Below are positions 22,601 through 35,025 of a DNA stretch of 64,000 bases, one piece after another; the stretch's first letter is position 1, and each line of letters starts with the position of its first letter. The notes under the pieces were generated by a model. The model was not told the origin of the DNA, made no database searches, and saw nothing but the letters and a program-made list of their open reading frames with translations. This DNA is from Selaginella moellendorffii (lineage: Eukaryota > Plantae > Lycopodiophyta). Where the stretch lies: positions 30,477 to 94,476 of the forward strand of contig NW_003314437.1 of the NCBI RefSeq assembly GCF_000143415.4. The letters are read 5' to 3'. A program made the translations under genes and the position numbers.

Positions 22601-22960
22601 CTAAGCGCTAGTGGACACCTCCTTTTTGGTACTCTCAGCGGTACTATCATCCTTCTCCGGGTCAGTTGTTTTGCTTTGGATTGTTGTCTCTAACGTTACT
22701 GGGGCGTTCTCGATAGTTGTTAATGTTGCCGTTTGTTCAGAAAAATGATCACCTGGAGTATAGTACGGGGAGTTTGGAAGACTTATATATTCTACATCTT
22801 CACCTATCTCCTTCTCCGTCTCCTTTTCTGCCTCACTTACAGATTTTGTGCTTGCCATGAGAACGCTCTTCACCCTAAAATATGGAGTTCGTTGTGTTAT
22901 AAAAGGAAACCAACACACACGCTGCAAGGGAATGATGGTACATAAAGCACGTAAGCCCAC
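22601..22960 (-). CDS. Short acidic Ser/Thr-rich ORF in the transposon arm (also 44080-44439 + in copy C); coding status uncertain
   Basis: Open in both copies with protein-like composition, but the copies are too similar for conservation to be informative and no domain was recognised. Confidence 0.3.
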   Translation of the reverse strand: MGLRALCTIIPLQRVCWFPFITQRTPYFRVKSVLMASTKSVSEAEKETEKEIGEDVEYISLPNSPYYTPGDHFSEQTATLTTIENAPVTLETTIQSKTTDPEKDDSTAESTKKEVSTSA

Positions 22961-23065
22961 AATATGGGTTTATGTGCCATTAATATGGGCCACACGCCAT
23001 ATTATTAGATTTATGCACATGTGATTGGTAAATGCATATGTCACATCATCTCAGGCCACATGCCA

Positions 23066-25803
23066 TCACGCCTCCTCTGATTCAGATTTGGATTGTTCAC
23101 CTTGAAATAAAATACATTAGAAACTTAGTAAAGGAATATTAATGAATCTCACCTTGAACCCGGGTTATGAATGCTCTTGCTACATCTCTTGCATGGTCTG
23201 GCAAGGTGATGGTGGCACTCTGCTTCCGCATTTAACCATGCACAACATTATCCACCGATATGCTCATGCTGGGATCCCTTGGATTCAGCACCCATCTCTT
23301 TTCTAGGCAATCCTTCGTATATCCGGAACTTGGCTTGAACCACTCCACAGTTACATTGAAGGAGTTAGTTTCCGCGTCCTCCTCTACATCAGTGATGCAG
23401 CGCCCCACCCATATCATTTGTTTTTTATTACTGGGTCTGACAAGCACGACCATTCCTTTGCAGACCTGTACTGGATTGAATGCTGAATCCGGCTTCTTGT
23501 TCCTCGGCCCACAATAGTGATCCTCAACATCGTTATCTGTCACTGCATTTCCAAAGGACATTGTTCCGCTACTATCTGGTGCTCTGGGTTCTGGCCAAAA
23601 GGACTCTTCCAATTCTTCATATACAACCGGCCCATTTTGGATAGCAGATATAATCTTCTCCCAGTATTCGAGCAAAGGCTTGCACCTCTGAAAATAGGAT
23701 TCTCCACCAAACACCAACCCCCTCTTCCAGAAGGCAATATGCTGTCTAATCCGGGCCACTATACTTTCCTGGTCTTTGAGTCCATCCGGGTGCATCGGCC
23801 GTGGGGAACCCTGAGGAATCATAGGTTCCCCAGTTATGGGATCTCTCTTGAAGAGTTCAATGCTGTCCACTGGCAGCCACACTGTGTCCCATTCTCTCAT
23901 CTTGTACCTCATCACTGGAGCACCGTCACACATGCTGAAATGAAACTGAAGAGGCTTGGAGTGGCCAATTAGCGTTTTGGATCCGTCCCTGATGTAGCCT
24001 CTTACAAACCCCTTAAAGTCTGGAACCTCTGTGAGAAGTGCAGCTTCAACAGTGCCTTTGATGCAATTTTGGAATTCATCGTAGAGTTGTGGGAGGGTGA
24101 GGACATTGGATCGCCGGAGGGACTCTGCCAGGTGACTGAACATGGCATCGACGTCTTCATGAGTGTGCCCAACCATGAGAAAGCCAAGTGTAACCGTTTC
24201 AAATATGCCTTTGGCAACAAGCATCGCCAAGTACGCGAAGACGTACATGTTTTTGTTCTCACTGCCAGCATTGTCTGTTTGGAGCAGAAGATGGGGTGGA
24301 AGGCCACATCGGCCGCAAGAACTTCCTTGAGATTCTGCTTCGTTTGGATGAGGCTGTGCATTCACCGGGCGACCAGCCTCGTCGGAATGGCATGAGGCCT
24401 CACGTGATAACCCTACAATCTGACGGCCAACATATTCACTGGGATGGCATGGGGCCCCACGCGATACTGCAAGCCTTTGCTCCTCCTCCAGCTGAACCCT
24501 GTATGGGGTTCGATCGACAAGGGCCTTATGCAAGGGTTGGCCATTCAGCTCAGTCTGCGCACTTTGCAGAGACCTTAAGTGTTTTGCTAGGGACGCAATC
24601 ATCATGTTTGCACCCCCGCCACCCCATAGAGGTACAAAGAAGTTCCCATAGTTCTGGGCACCATGCCCATGAGCGATTATGCCAAATAGAGACACAGGCA
24701 GTTGCATGGATGAAGAGATTGCCTTGGGGGCAAGATTGAGTCGAGGTAAGCACGTCTTTTTCTGGTCCATTTTGTCGTGGATGATGCAGAGGTAAGAGTC
24801 AGGTCTCTCCATGGAAAGAATCCTGTTATGATAATATGCAGTCCTGCAGCTTCTCTGCTCGATGTTGTGGTCGAGCCGCCTTCTAACCAACGTCTCTCGC
24901 GTAGAATGTGGTTCGAGGGACTCCATAAATGATTCTCCATGCCTTCATGCAGACCAAACCCCTCTGGAAGACCATGCCCCCCACCTGATGTTCTGAAGCA
25001 TCAACAGATGACCGTAATGCCTCATACACAAAATTGCAAGCTGCCTTCCAGGACAATGTCTTGTATCTTGCTCTCTCCTCTTCAATAGCATCCCAATCAG
25101 CATGTTGACAGCACCTCCTCTTGCAACAAGCAACTGTCGAGACCATTTGAACCTCCATCGCCATTTTCTGCCTTTTCGGTTCGTTGCTCAGAACCCTTTG
25201 GCTGCACTTTAGGAAGGTGTACTTTCTTTTCCCATGAAGAGATGTTCTGTCATCAGTTGTAGTGGTGTTTGATTGTGAATCCTTCACATTCTCAAACACT
25301 AAGTGCCTCAATTTCCACCGCACAATGCTTCCAATAGTCAGACTGTTTTCTTCTGTGTCAACAACCTCTAAAATCGCTACTCCAATATCATCCCAGCCCA
25401 ATTCTTGATTAGCAACCGCATCTCTTGGATTGACAACTGTGGCTAAGCCCTCAGCTACCACCTCCCCCTCGGGGTTGTTTAGAAACACCTTTGCCTGAAT
25501 CCATGTAGCACGGTTCTTAAGATCCACGGAGGGAACATGCGTCGCACTTGCACTGTCCCCAACATCTGCTTTCTTCTGAAGAGTTTTCAAGGCAACAACA
25601 ACATTTACCCCGACGACCATCTCTCCTTGTTCAATAGCGACCACATTCCCATCGAAGACAGTCTCTACTGATACAGCAGCATTGCCTTCCCCAAGCCTTT
25701 GACACTGTATAACAAAGTTCCGATCCATAGACACAAGGGTCCCTTTTGCAACTCTCTTCCCACCATTCAAAATGTAAACCTTTTCCCCAACCCTGAAGGC
25801 CAT
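23066..25803 (-). pseudogene. Transposase, copy B (404-bp frameshifting deletion at 24900/24901; premature stop at 23232)
   Basis: Alignment by eye to copy A: A 3197-3600 is absent. A short final exon (GEQSESESEEA*) follows a ~52-bp GT-AG intron. Confidence 0.85.
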
Positions 25804-28716
25804 TCTGAAAGTGCAGAAAAGAAGTTAAGACCATACAAAAAATGATTGGAGAATGGCCTAAATCATAACATACCAAACAACCTCAATAGCATGAGGCCAC
25901 ATGCCATTATTCAAACATGCTATTGACACCCACGTGAAATTTCGCATTCACAAAATTGGCATGAGGCCTCATGCCATCTTGATATACACACAGCTGCAGG
26001 CAAGTAAAAACATACATAACAATACGCTAGCCATGAAATTGCAAGGGCCCAAGATGGCATGTGGCCTCATGCCATTTCTAAATGTGGTCCTAAGCCATTC
26101 CATGGTGAACATACCAGGAAGCACAAGTGCCGAATATCAAGAGGAAGCGGTAGCCACACCAAAGACAGTGCCGCTCGCAACACCGCAACTACTCGTAGCG
26201 CCGCTCGCAACACCGCAACTGCTCGTAGCGCCGCTTGCACAAACTGCCACTCGCATAAACTGCCGCTCGCAATGGTGCTCGCAATGCCGCAACCGCTCGT
26301 AGACGCATAAACCACAGCCCACAACACCGCTTACACAAGCAGCGCTCACTGCGCTCAGCGGAACCAAGAACACGGCGCGCAAAAATGATAGACCTAGGAA
26401 TGAGTTTGAGAATTCAAAAATAACACACGCTTGAATGTCACATCAAATCCTCTGACAAACCAGATTTTATGATTCCTCTGACAAATTTCAAACTGAGTAG
26501 CTTCTAGACTTTGCTGTCGGAGGTTGAACTTTGTCACATCATGTCCTTGCCTCGATCCAGCTGTGCCATGTCAGTGATTCGAACTTTGCCATGCCATGTC
26601 AGCGATCCGCGCCAAAATTATTTGCCGTGTAAAGGAATAATTATGCTGTGTGTGTACGTCCATTTATGGCAATATAAGGCCACACGCCATTCAAAGAATA
26701 ATGCTAGTCGAGCATTTTTTGGTGCATTTTTGGGTTCAAAATTGCATGAGCCCACACGCTATAAAGTTTACCTGTACCAAAAATAGAAACAGCTTTATTT
26801 ACTTGGGAATTTAAGTGGTTGAGGCATTTTTAAACTTACAAACATATGCCCTACTTACATTCCTTTGGTTGCCTAAAATTCAAAAATATTATAAACCTTT
26901 CTTTTTGCATTTTCAATGTTTTCAATTATGGTTTTTGATTTTCGTAGGACCAGCCTAGTAATCTATTTGCATCCCGTCATGTTTATAGCTAGCTTTCGTT
27001 CGTCCCCTTCGCTAGCCTGAGATACATCTGCTCGGCATCTGCCTCTTACAGCATTTGCCCAGAAAGGGCATCTTTCTTCACGCAGCATTTGCCATATGTT
27101 TAGGGTTTAGGGTTTAGGGTTTTGCAATTCAGTAGCTTGATAAACATGCAAATACAGAACTTGATGCAAAATCCTTTGATATGTCACAATGCCCCTAGGA
27201 CCATAAACACATTTCAATAGGGTCCTTTCATTTCATAACTCCTTACGTAGATCTTGGTGAAACCAGAGTTAGTGAAGTTAGTTTCTTGTGATCCTGCATC
27301 TGATTGTGATGTCCCTTTGCAGTGTCGATGGAAAGGTCAATGCACACCAAACTGTAAAATCTTAGAGCAAAATAACGGTCAGATCTATGGCAAATGCCCC
27401 TGAAACATTATAAGGCTCGTGTGGTCTCATGTGGTGTCCGATCGAGATGCTTCTTTGCAGGGTCATCAAGAAAGACATTGTATACCATTCTGTAAAATCT
27501 AGTTGCGATCTAACGGTTGGATCTCCAGAAAACTCAAAAAAATCTCGCGCGTGTCAAAATATTCTAGGAATATACTCCTATGTGCCCCTGAAAATGGCAT
27601 GCGGCCCCACGCCATTCAAGAGATAACGCCAGATGACGCCGAGAATTTTTTGGTGCATTTTTTGGGTTCAAAATTGCATGAGCCCACACGCTATAAAGTT
27701 TATCTTTGCCAAATAGAGAAAAGTTTATCTGTGTCATGTGAGGTAATTACAGTCCTTTGTGCTCGGCATCTGCCTCTTGCAGCATTTGCACTGAAAGGGA
27801 ATTTTTCTCCATTCAGCATTTGGCTCTGAAAATGGCATGCGCCCACACGCCATTCAAGGAATAACGCCACAGGACGCCTGGATTTTTGGGTTTAAAATGT
27901 TTAGGGTTTTTTGGGTTTTTTCAAAATATTTTGGGTCTAACGTTTTTTGGGTTTCTTTGGTTCAAAATTGCATGAGCCCACACGCTATAATATTGATTTG
28001 AGAGAAAAATAGAAACAGATAGAATTTCTTTATTTAGCTGAATATTTGCCATTTTTGGAAATACAAGATGCTTTGGAATATCCAATCATGCATGGTATAA
28101 ATATAGCGAGGGTATTAAATGATATCCCAATCATGATCTTTCTTTTGGATTTTGCGTGCATGCAGTCCGAGGAATGATGACGTTGCAGATTTCTTTTGGA
28201 TTTTGCGTGCTTACATGCGCGCGGCAATCCAGAAATTAATGGTGGCGCCCAAGTCCGAGGAATGATGACGTGGCGGGATAACCAACCGTTGTGACATTTC
28301 GCGCGTGTGAGGTTAGGTTTTGCATTTTGCTTCGTACTCGCGCTCGCACACTCGCGGTCGCGCTCGCATCACACTCGCGCTCCCACTCGCGATGACGCTC
28401 ACATTCGTGCTCATCTACCTTCTCTACAGGTTTCTCGTGTGCATCGGCGTCCACTCGCGCTTGCATCACACTCGCGCTCGCATCGCGCTCGTGTGCATCG
28501 GCGTCCAGTTCAAGACACACCCAGTTTGTAACTTCGTCACCAACTCCACCGCCCACTCCGCCACCCACACGCAGCCCACTTGGCGTCCCAGGAGATTTCA
28601 GCGCCACTCTCCAACTGTAAGTGGCAGAGTAGCCTTGCTGCTACGATCCGCTACACACACAGTGCACATTCGCCAGCGAGTCCGGCCTCGATTGTCACGC
28701 CTCCATTCGGCTTCAA

Positions 28717-31700
28717 ATGGTAAGTCTTTTAGGCCAAGTAGAAAATGGCATGAGGCCACATGCCATTCAGTAGCAACATTGGCATGCACCGATTGGGCTC
28801 TCGAGTGCAGTCCGGTTACAGATGGCGTGTAGCCTCACGCCATCTTAGGATGCAGCCTCAAGACATCTGATGCAGTGGTGAATGGCGTGTGGCCTCACGT
28901 TATTTCCAGCTGCTAGCTTTTCATCTGTCAGCTCTAATTGTTGTGCATTTCTGAACAGGCGAGGAATTGCGTTCTTCTTCCAGCCACTGTCAATGTGGAT
29001 GCAGAGAAGGGGGAGGAGCTCACCAGTTGGACTTTCGGGATGGAAGGCGAGGATCTGATGCTATACAACATAGATGGTGGGAGAAAAGAATGCATGGGGA
29101 TCCTCATCCAAGTGACAGACACTCCATGCAGTTCCATGCAAGAATATGGACTGGCACTTGTGGTAGAGACAGCGTCCGCCTTCAAGATCCACCTTGCACA
29201 TCCTAGCGGCTTCCCGGAGGGGGGCAGCGGCTATGAGGAATTCCTAGAGGGAGCTAGGGAGAGGTTGTCTAGGAGGCCCACAATTTCAAAGACGCTGCGG
29301 GTCTATGAAGATCACATGGAATCCACGGACCTCACCTACGGCGATGTTCAAAAACTATATTCCAACATTGAGCCGTTGAGAGTGCCTCCAGTTCGCGAAG
29401 TGAAGGGGAAGGGGGTCGATCTGGAAACTACCCCGAAGCAGAAAAGGGTGGTCAAGCTCAAGCCGACGTCCGACTCTGCTGCTCCAAAAAAGAAGCTACT
29501 CGGTGATGCCATTGCCTCGGGTTCGAACACTACACCCACCAAAAAGAAGAGCCGCAAAGAGCAGAAAGAGCAAGAAGAGGCAGCAAAAATCGTTGCAGAT
29601 AATAGTACTTGTTACTATTCCAACAAAGTATATACAATCGACGTGAGCCGTATCGACATCCAAAGCAAATACAACCACAGGCTAGTATCTGATGAGTGGG
29701 TGGAGAAACTGAAGCAGAAGATGCTGGCAAGTCCAGTAACACCCAACATCGCAGACGTGATCCCCTACTACCGAACAATGAAGGGCGAGACGAGGTTTCC
29801 AGACTTGATCAATAGGAAGGTGTTGGACGATCAGAACATCCGGTTCTATGCCATCTCCGGGCAGCATTCTAGCTTCGCGATGCAACAGATAGTTGTGGAT
29901 ATTATGGTGGGCGAGGAGGTGAAGAAAGTCTTCAAGACAAGAGTTGTCCGCCTGATAAAAGGCAACTCGCCCCTTCGATCTATCATATACATCTCCCACG
30001 CGCAGAATGTCAAGCAAGAAACGTGCTACAAATCGGGTTTGAACGAGACATTGGCACGAACACGGAAGCTCTGGGTTCAACTGAAGAAGCCACAAAAACC
30101 AAGACAAGGACGTGCACTAGCAACTAGCGCCTGGCAGGTAAGCCTCGTTGCATGTGGCATAGCATGTGGCCTCACGCCATTTCCATTGCAGGAATTCTCG
30201 AGTCTTCTCTCGAAAACACTGGGGGTCAATGACACACTCAGCATCCATAACATTCTACTCGCGACAAAAGTTGTTTTTGACAAATGGGTAGATGTGCTGA
30301 GGAGGTACCATGACGGGGAGTTGCTAAACTCAATGGGTGTGGAGGACGGCCGGAAGCCCAATGATTTGAAGCTCAATGCCTTGTGTTTCTCGCGGTCTCT
30401 AGACGACGACGACCTTCTGACAGTGGCTAATGCTCTTCTACGTGGTGAGGTAGTCTTCAACAAGACCAAAATGACTCCCGGCCATATTGTGACATACGAG
30501 GACTTGTGCATGACTCTGAGAGCTCGTGCGCTATTGAAGGATTGGATCTTCGAGCAAGTGGCCGTGGAGAGGGTGAGCATCGACACCACGCAAGAGATGA
30601 TGGAAGCGCTGGACTTGTCAAATGAAGACATCGACAAGTACGTGAAGGGGGCCCCCAAGTTCATCGATTTGCTGCGGGATGCCACGAAAAGTAAAGCTGA
30701 GAAGTTGGATTAGTATCCAAATTTCATTAAGAGGGATGTTGACCGCCGGCTTCAGAAACAGCTCGACCTCGCAGCAGAGGCCTATCGAGAACCTTACCGG
30801 GTATACGTGAATTCGGATGAGGATCAAAGGTGGAGGAGCATCGTTTCCCGCGGAGATGAGCAAGTCAAGAACATCTTTTGTGTGATGGACTTCACAAACG
30901 AAGAGATCACTCATGCAGACGAAGTCAGCTCCATCATTGACTTAATGGTGGGACTTGCGGAGGTGGAATCTTCAGTCCACTATATGATCTACGACTCCGA
31001 ATCCTATCACAAGTTCTGGAAGGCCTTGAACGAGGTGAAGGCTCGGTTGAAAGGCAAGGAGATGCGGGAGATCCATGGGATAATGGCTAAGAAGAAGATA
31101 CCGACGAATGTCCGCATCTTCACACTCGCGCTTGTTATTGGTCCTGCAGCAGAGTGGGACTGGAGTGACTTCCCAGCTTCGTTCCACAAGGCCGATCGAA
31201 TTGATCTGAGGGAGGTCAATTTACCTGTGCCTGAGGAACTGAAGACGGCTATGGAGCTTTCGAATCCAAAGAAAGCTCCAGGTGTAGCATGGGAAATGCT
31301 CAGCTGGGTCTTCAACACAATAGCGGGTGACTCCAAGGGCAAATGTGTTGTCGAGTACAACTGCGGCGGACTATTCTTTCGAGCTGCACTACTCAAGGGT
31401 GTCCCGTGTGTTGCGGTGACAAACTCCATTGAAGAGGTGACTTCAATGGAGCATATAATTACAGTTGCCAAAGAAAAACAGTATCTTCTTTGCGAACCTG
31501 GTGAGTACGCACTTTAAGTTTAAATGTTATCTCACAAGCTCTGTATGCAGGAGCATGGCCACCCCCAGATGCTGAAACGGCGTTAACAGCTACTGATGTT
31601 AGGCCAAGCTCACAATCTGCACAAGGTAAGGTCACGTGAGGCCTCACGCCATTTTGATTATAGATCGTTGTGAATATTCAGACACGAGGACTGAAAAGCG

Positions 31701-34313
31701 CACTGGTGGCGCGTTGAAGGACAAACAGACAAGCAATAGGAAAAAAGGAGGTACAAATTATATTTGCAATGGCGTGTGGTCTCATGCCATTCCTTGCAGG
31801 AGACACTTCTTCAAAGGCAAAACAGGCAAGCACCAGCCAAGCTCAAACTGACAGTGGTCATAAAAAGCGAAAGCACGTTGGACAGTCATCGGGATCAGAG
31901 GCGTTTGATTTGAAAAGGAAGAAGGGCAACGAAAAGATGATAGGTAATGCCTCGCGGTTATGGCGTGTGTGCTCATGCCATTCATTGCAGATCAAGGGCT
32001 GAGTGAAAGGAGCCAGTCACCACCTCCTGACTCAGATTCCTATGGCGGACTCCCCTTCCCCAATCTCAATGGAGAGGTACAATGGATGAGGGATGCTTTT
32101 CAAGTCAGGGCCACGTTTTTCTCATCTCGTCGTCTTCGAAGGGTGCAAGAACGTGCAGAAACCATGTTAAGACAGTCGGGTGAGGATACGGTCCTAGGTC
32201 AAGCACTAAAACAGGCTATAGATGTCTTGTATTTTGAGATGGAGACTCGGCCAGATGATTTTCCCAAGATGGTCCTGGAAGAACAAGCCATCCAGCCTGA
32301 GCAGCCTATAGAAGAAATGTAGGAGGGGGATGAAGAGCCAGAGAAAGATAATGAGCAGGAAGAGCAGAAGGACGAAGAGGAGGACAAAGAAGAGGACGAA
32401 GAAGAGGAGGACGAAGAGGACTTGGATGGTCCTCACAATGGTGACGATCACAATAACGACGATGACGATGATGACGACGATGGCCAGCCTGAGGTGGCCA
32501 AAGAGCAGCGGAGGAAGGTCATACAAGACAAACCATCAGGTAAATAATAGTACATCCATTCCTAACCTTTTACCATTTCTAACATTGTCCATGTAGGTCG
32601 CAGAAGAAATGGTAAGTAGAGATTATTTAGTTGAATTAAGATACAAACTTTAGCCTTTAGTGTCGAGGAAGGATAGTGCCAAGCAAGGGTCGAAACGTAT
32701 GTCCAATCCTTCGGAATCAGCAGTGCGCCCAAGTGATATCGGTCCTAGTTCCTCAATAGCAGTTGATGGTAAATATAGTATAGTCGATTCAATGTGCTAA
32801 TGAGTTTGTTTTTAGTAGCCAGTAGGGAGGATACCATCTCAATCGAAGGGAGATATTTGGACATGCATATGGATCCGCCAGTGGACTCTACTTGCCTGCA
32901 AGAGTCATCAGAGCTGGTGGAGGCTACTATCCATATCAACGCCAAGCAAGCTGACCACGCTCCACTTGATGCTGCCCATACCACTGAGTCAATCTTGTCC
33001 ACGTATCCAACTGACGGTGACCAGGCGCCATTGGACCCGCATGAGGCCGCCCCAGCCGCCGAGCCGGTCGTATCCTCATTTCCAACGGACTCAACGTGTG
33101 CCCAATCGTCTGACTACGCGCCGTTGGAACCTCCCTACACCGCCCTTGCTGCCTGTTCGGTCATGTCCACTTTGCCAATGGAGGCACCAGCTGAAATGGC
33201 GTGTGATCACACGCCATCGGAACCACCCCATGCCACTGTTGAGCCAGTTGTACCAGAGTCTACAGCTGAAATGGCATGTGCCCACACGCCATCGGATGCG
33301 ATTGACCCCACATTGCAGAGGAGAGTATTTCCGCCCTTCACGTTTCCTCGACCAAAACCCTCTGAACGACCATCAGGAGCACCATTCGCTAATATTGTAG
33401 ATGGTAAAATTGACTTGTACCATTTTTCATGCTGACGCATTTCATTTCAGAGTCACAGCGAAAGTACTGTATCGTTTTTGATCTGAACGGTGTCCTTTTC
33501 TCCCATGAGCGTGGCTCGTCCTCGAATGTCACTGCACCCTCCAAAGCCTGCGGTCGCAAGTTGGTCAAAAGAGACAGATTCACATTAATCACACGGGAGA
33601 AACTGCAGGATCTAATAATGACCATGCGACACTTAAAACAGAGGGCCGGGTTCAATTTGCAATTGGGAGTTTGGACATCCATGATGCGCCACAATGCATT
33701 AACGTTGCTACAGATGATGCACGATCAGACGCGAGTAATATTACCATTTGACTTTCTCCTAACGCAGGAGGATTGCTTGACTATGGTCCATGTGAGGGGT
33801 AGCAAGCCCATCTTCGTCAAGCCAGAGGCTGTAGTGATGAACTGGACTGCTAGGTCAAGTGAAATCCTCATCATCGATGACTCGCCGATTAAAACTGCAG
33901 CGAACACGCACACATATGCAGTGCACCCCATCTCTTGTAGTATGGAAACTAGGGAGAAGAAACCGTATGTTCTGGGGGACCTTGCAAAACGGCTTGAAGC
34001 GATGGTGATAGAGAACCGGCCAATCCAGGAGGTGGCTGCAGAAATCAACCAAATGGCAGATGGAACGGTATATCAGAAGCCATTTGATCGGACAGACACC
34101 AGTCATCATTTATGGCATGTATATTGTCTAGCCAAGCACTATCCGAATCTCCATAATCTGCTCAACCGGATGGGTTCTTCGACCACTGAACATGAGCGTG
34201 GACGTATTAGAGAAGAGATGGCATTACTATTGGGTTTAAATCCTGATAGTGTGGAGAGTGATGAAATTCCAAGATTATTGTATAGGCGTTGGAGGCAAAA
34301 AATAACAGTCTGA
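28717..34313 (+). pseudogene. Transposon cargo gene, copy B (most complete; stops at 30711-30713 and 32320-32322)
   Basis: Same splice sites as copy A; the final exon 33451-34313 is open (CIVFDLNGVL ... LGVWTS ... LIIDDSPIK). Confidence 0.75.
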
Positions 34314-35025
34314 GATGGCATGTATTTATTTAAAAATGTAACTTATTATGGCATGGGGTTCCATGCCATTGTATTAATATTAAAAGACAATTCTTTGAGA
34401 GGATTTGCATTATACTAGAAGTGTTACAGCATGTTATTGGAAGTCTACGAAGTTGTTTTATTAATAAGGGGAAAGTAAAGATTGAATGGGGACTTGGGCT
34501 CCACCTAGACTCGGAGCAACTGAGCCAATATTAAAAGGATGGAAAGAAATTGGACGACGATAACAAGGAGAAGAGAGAGGTGAAGCAGTGGCAGGGGGAG
34601 GAGAAGTGATTGAGTAGACATTTCCTTGTTTAAAATAAAATGGCATGTGCCTCAATGCAGTTGAATTTTGTTATATTTATATACTATATAAAGGTTTGGA
34701 ATCCTTATTTTACAAGTGGGATAATGACAATTCCCACTTTAACGAAATAAAGCTTATAGGAGCAAAAGATGAGTGGCCAAGATAAGGCCGTGGAATCCCT
34801 TGGAAGGAATCCAAGTGGCAAAGTTAGGCGAGGAACACTAATGTGTTGGACGCTAACAAATTGTGGGAAAGGAAGTGTGTTTCCAAGGATGGAGTCCGAA
34901 TTGCTCCGATTTGGTGAAAGGGGAAATTCCAAGGGAGGGAGCGGTAAGGTAGCCAAATGATAGAGCCATGAACAGCCCTAGCACAAAGTATGATAACTAG
35001 AACTAAGCTCTATTTCGTCAGTTGA

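Larger units (their letters stand above)
21942..34755 (-). mobile_element. Large Sola1-like DNA transposon, copy B (both ends intact, 12.8 kb, two internal deletions)
   Basis: 24-bp TIRs at 21942-21965 and 34732-34755 (1 mismatch); perfect 4-bp TSD ATAG (21938-21941 and 34756-34759). Confidence 0.95.
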
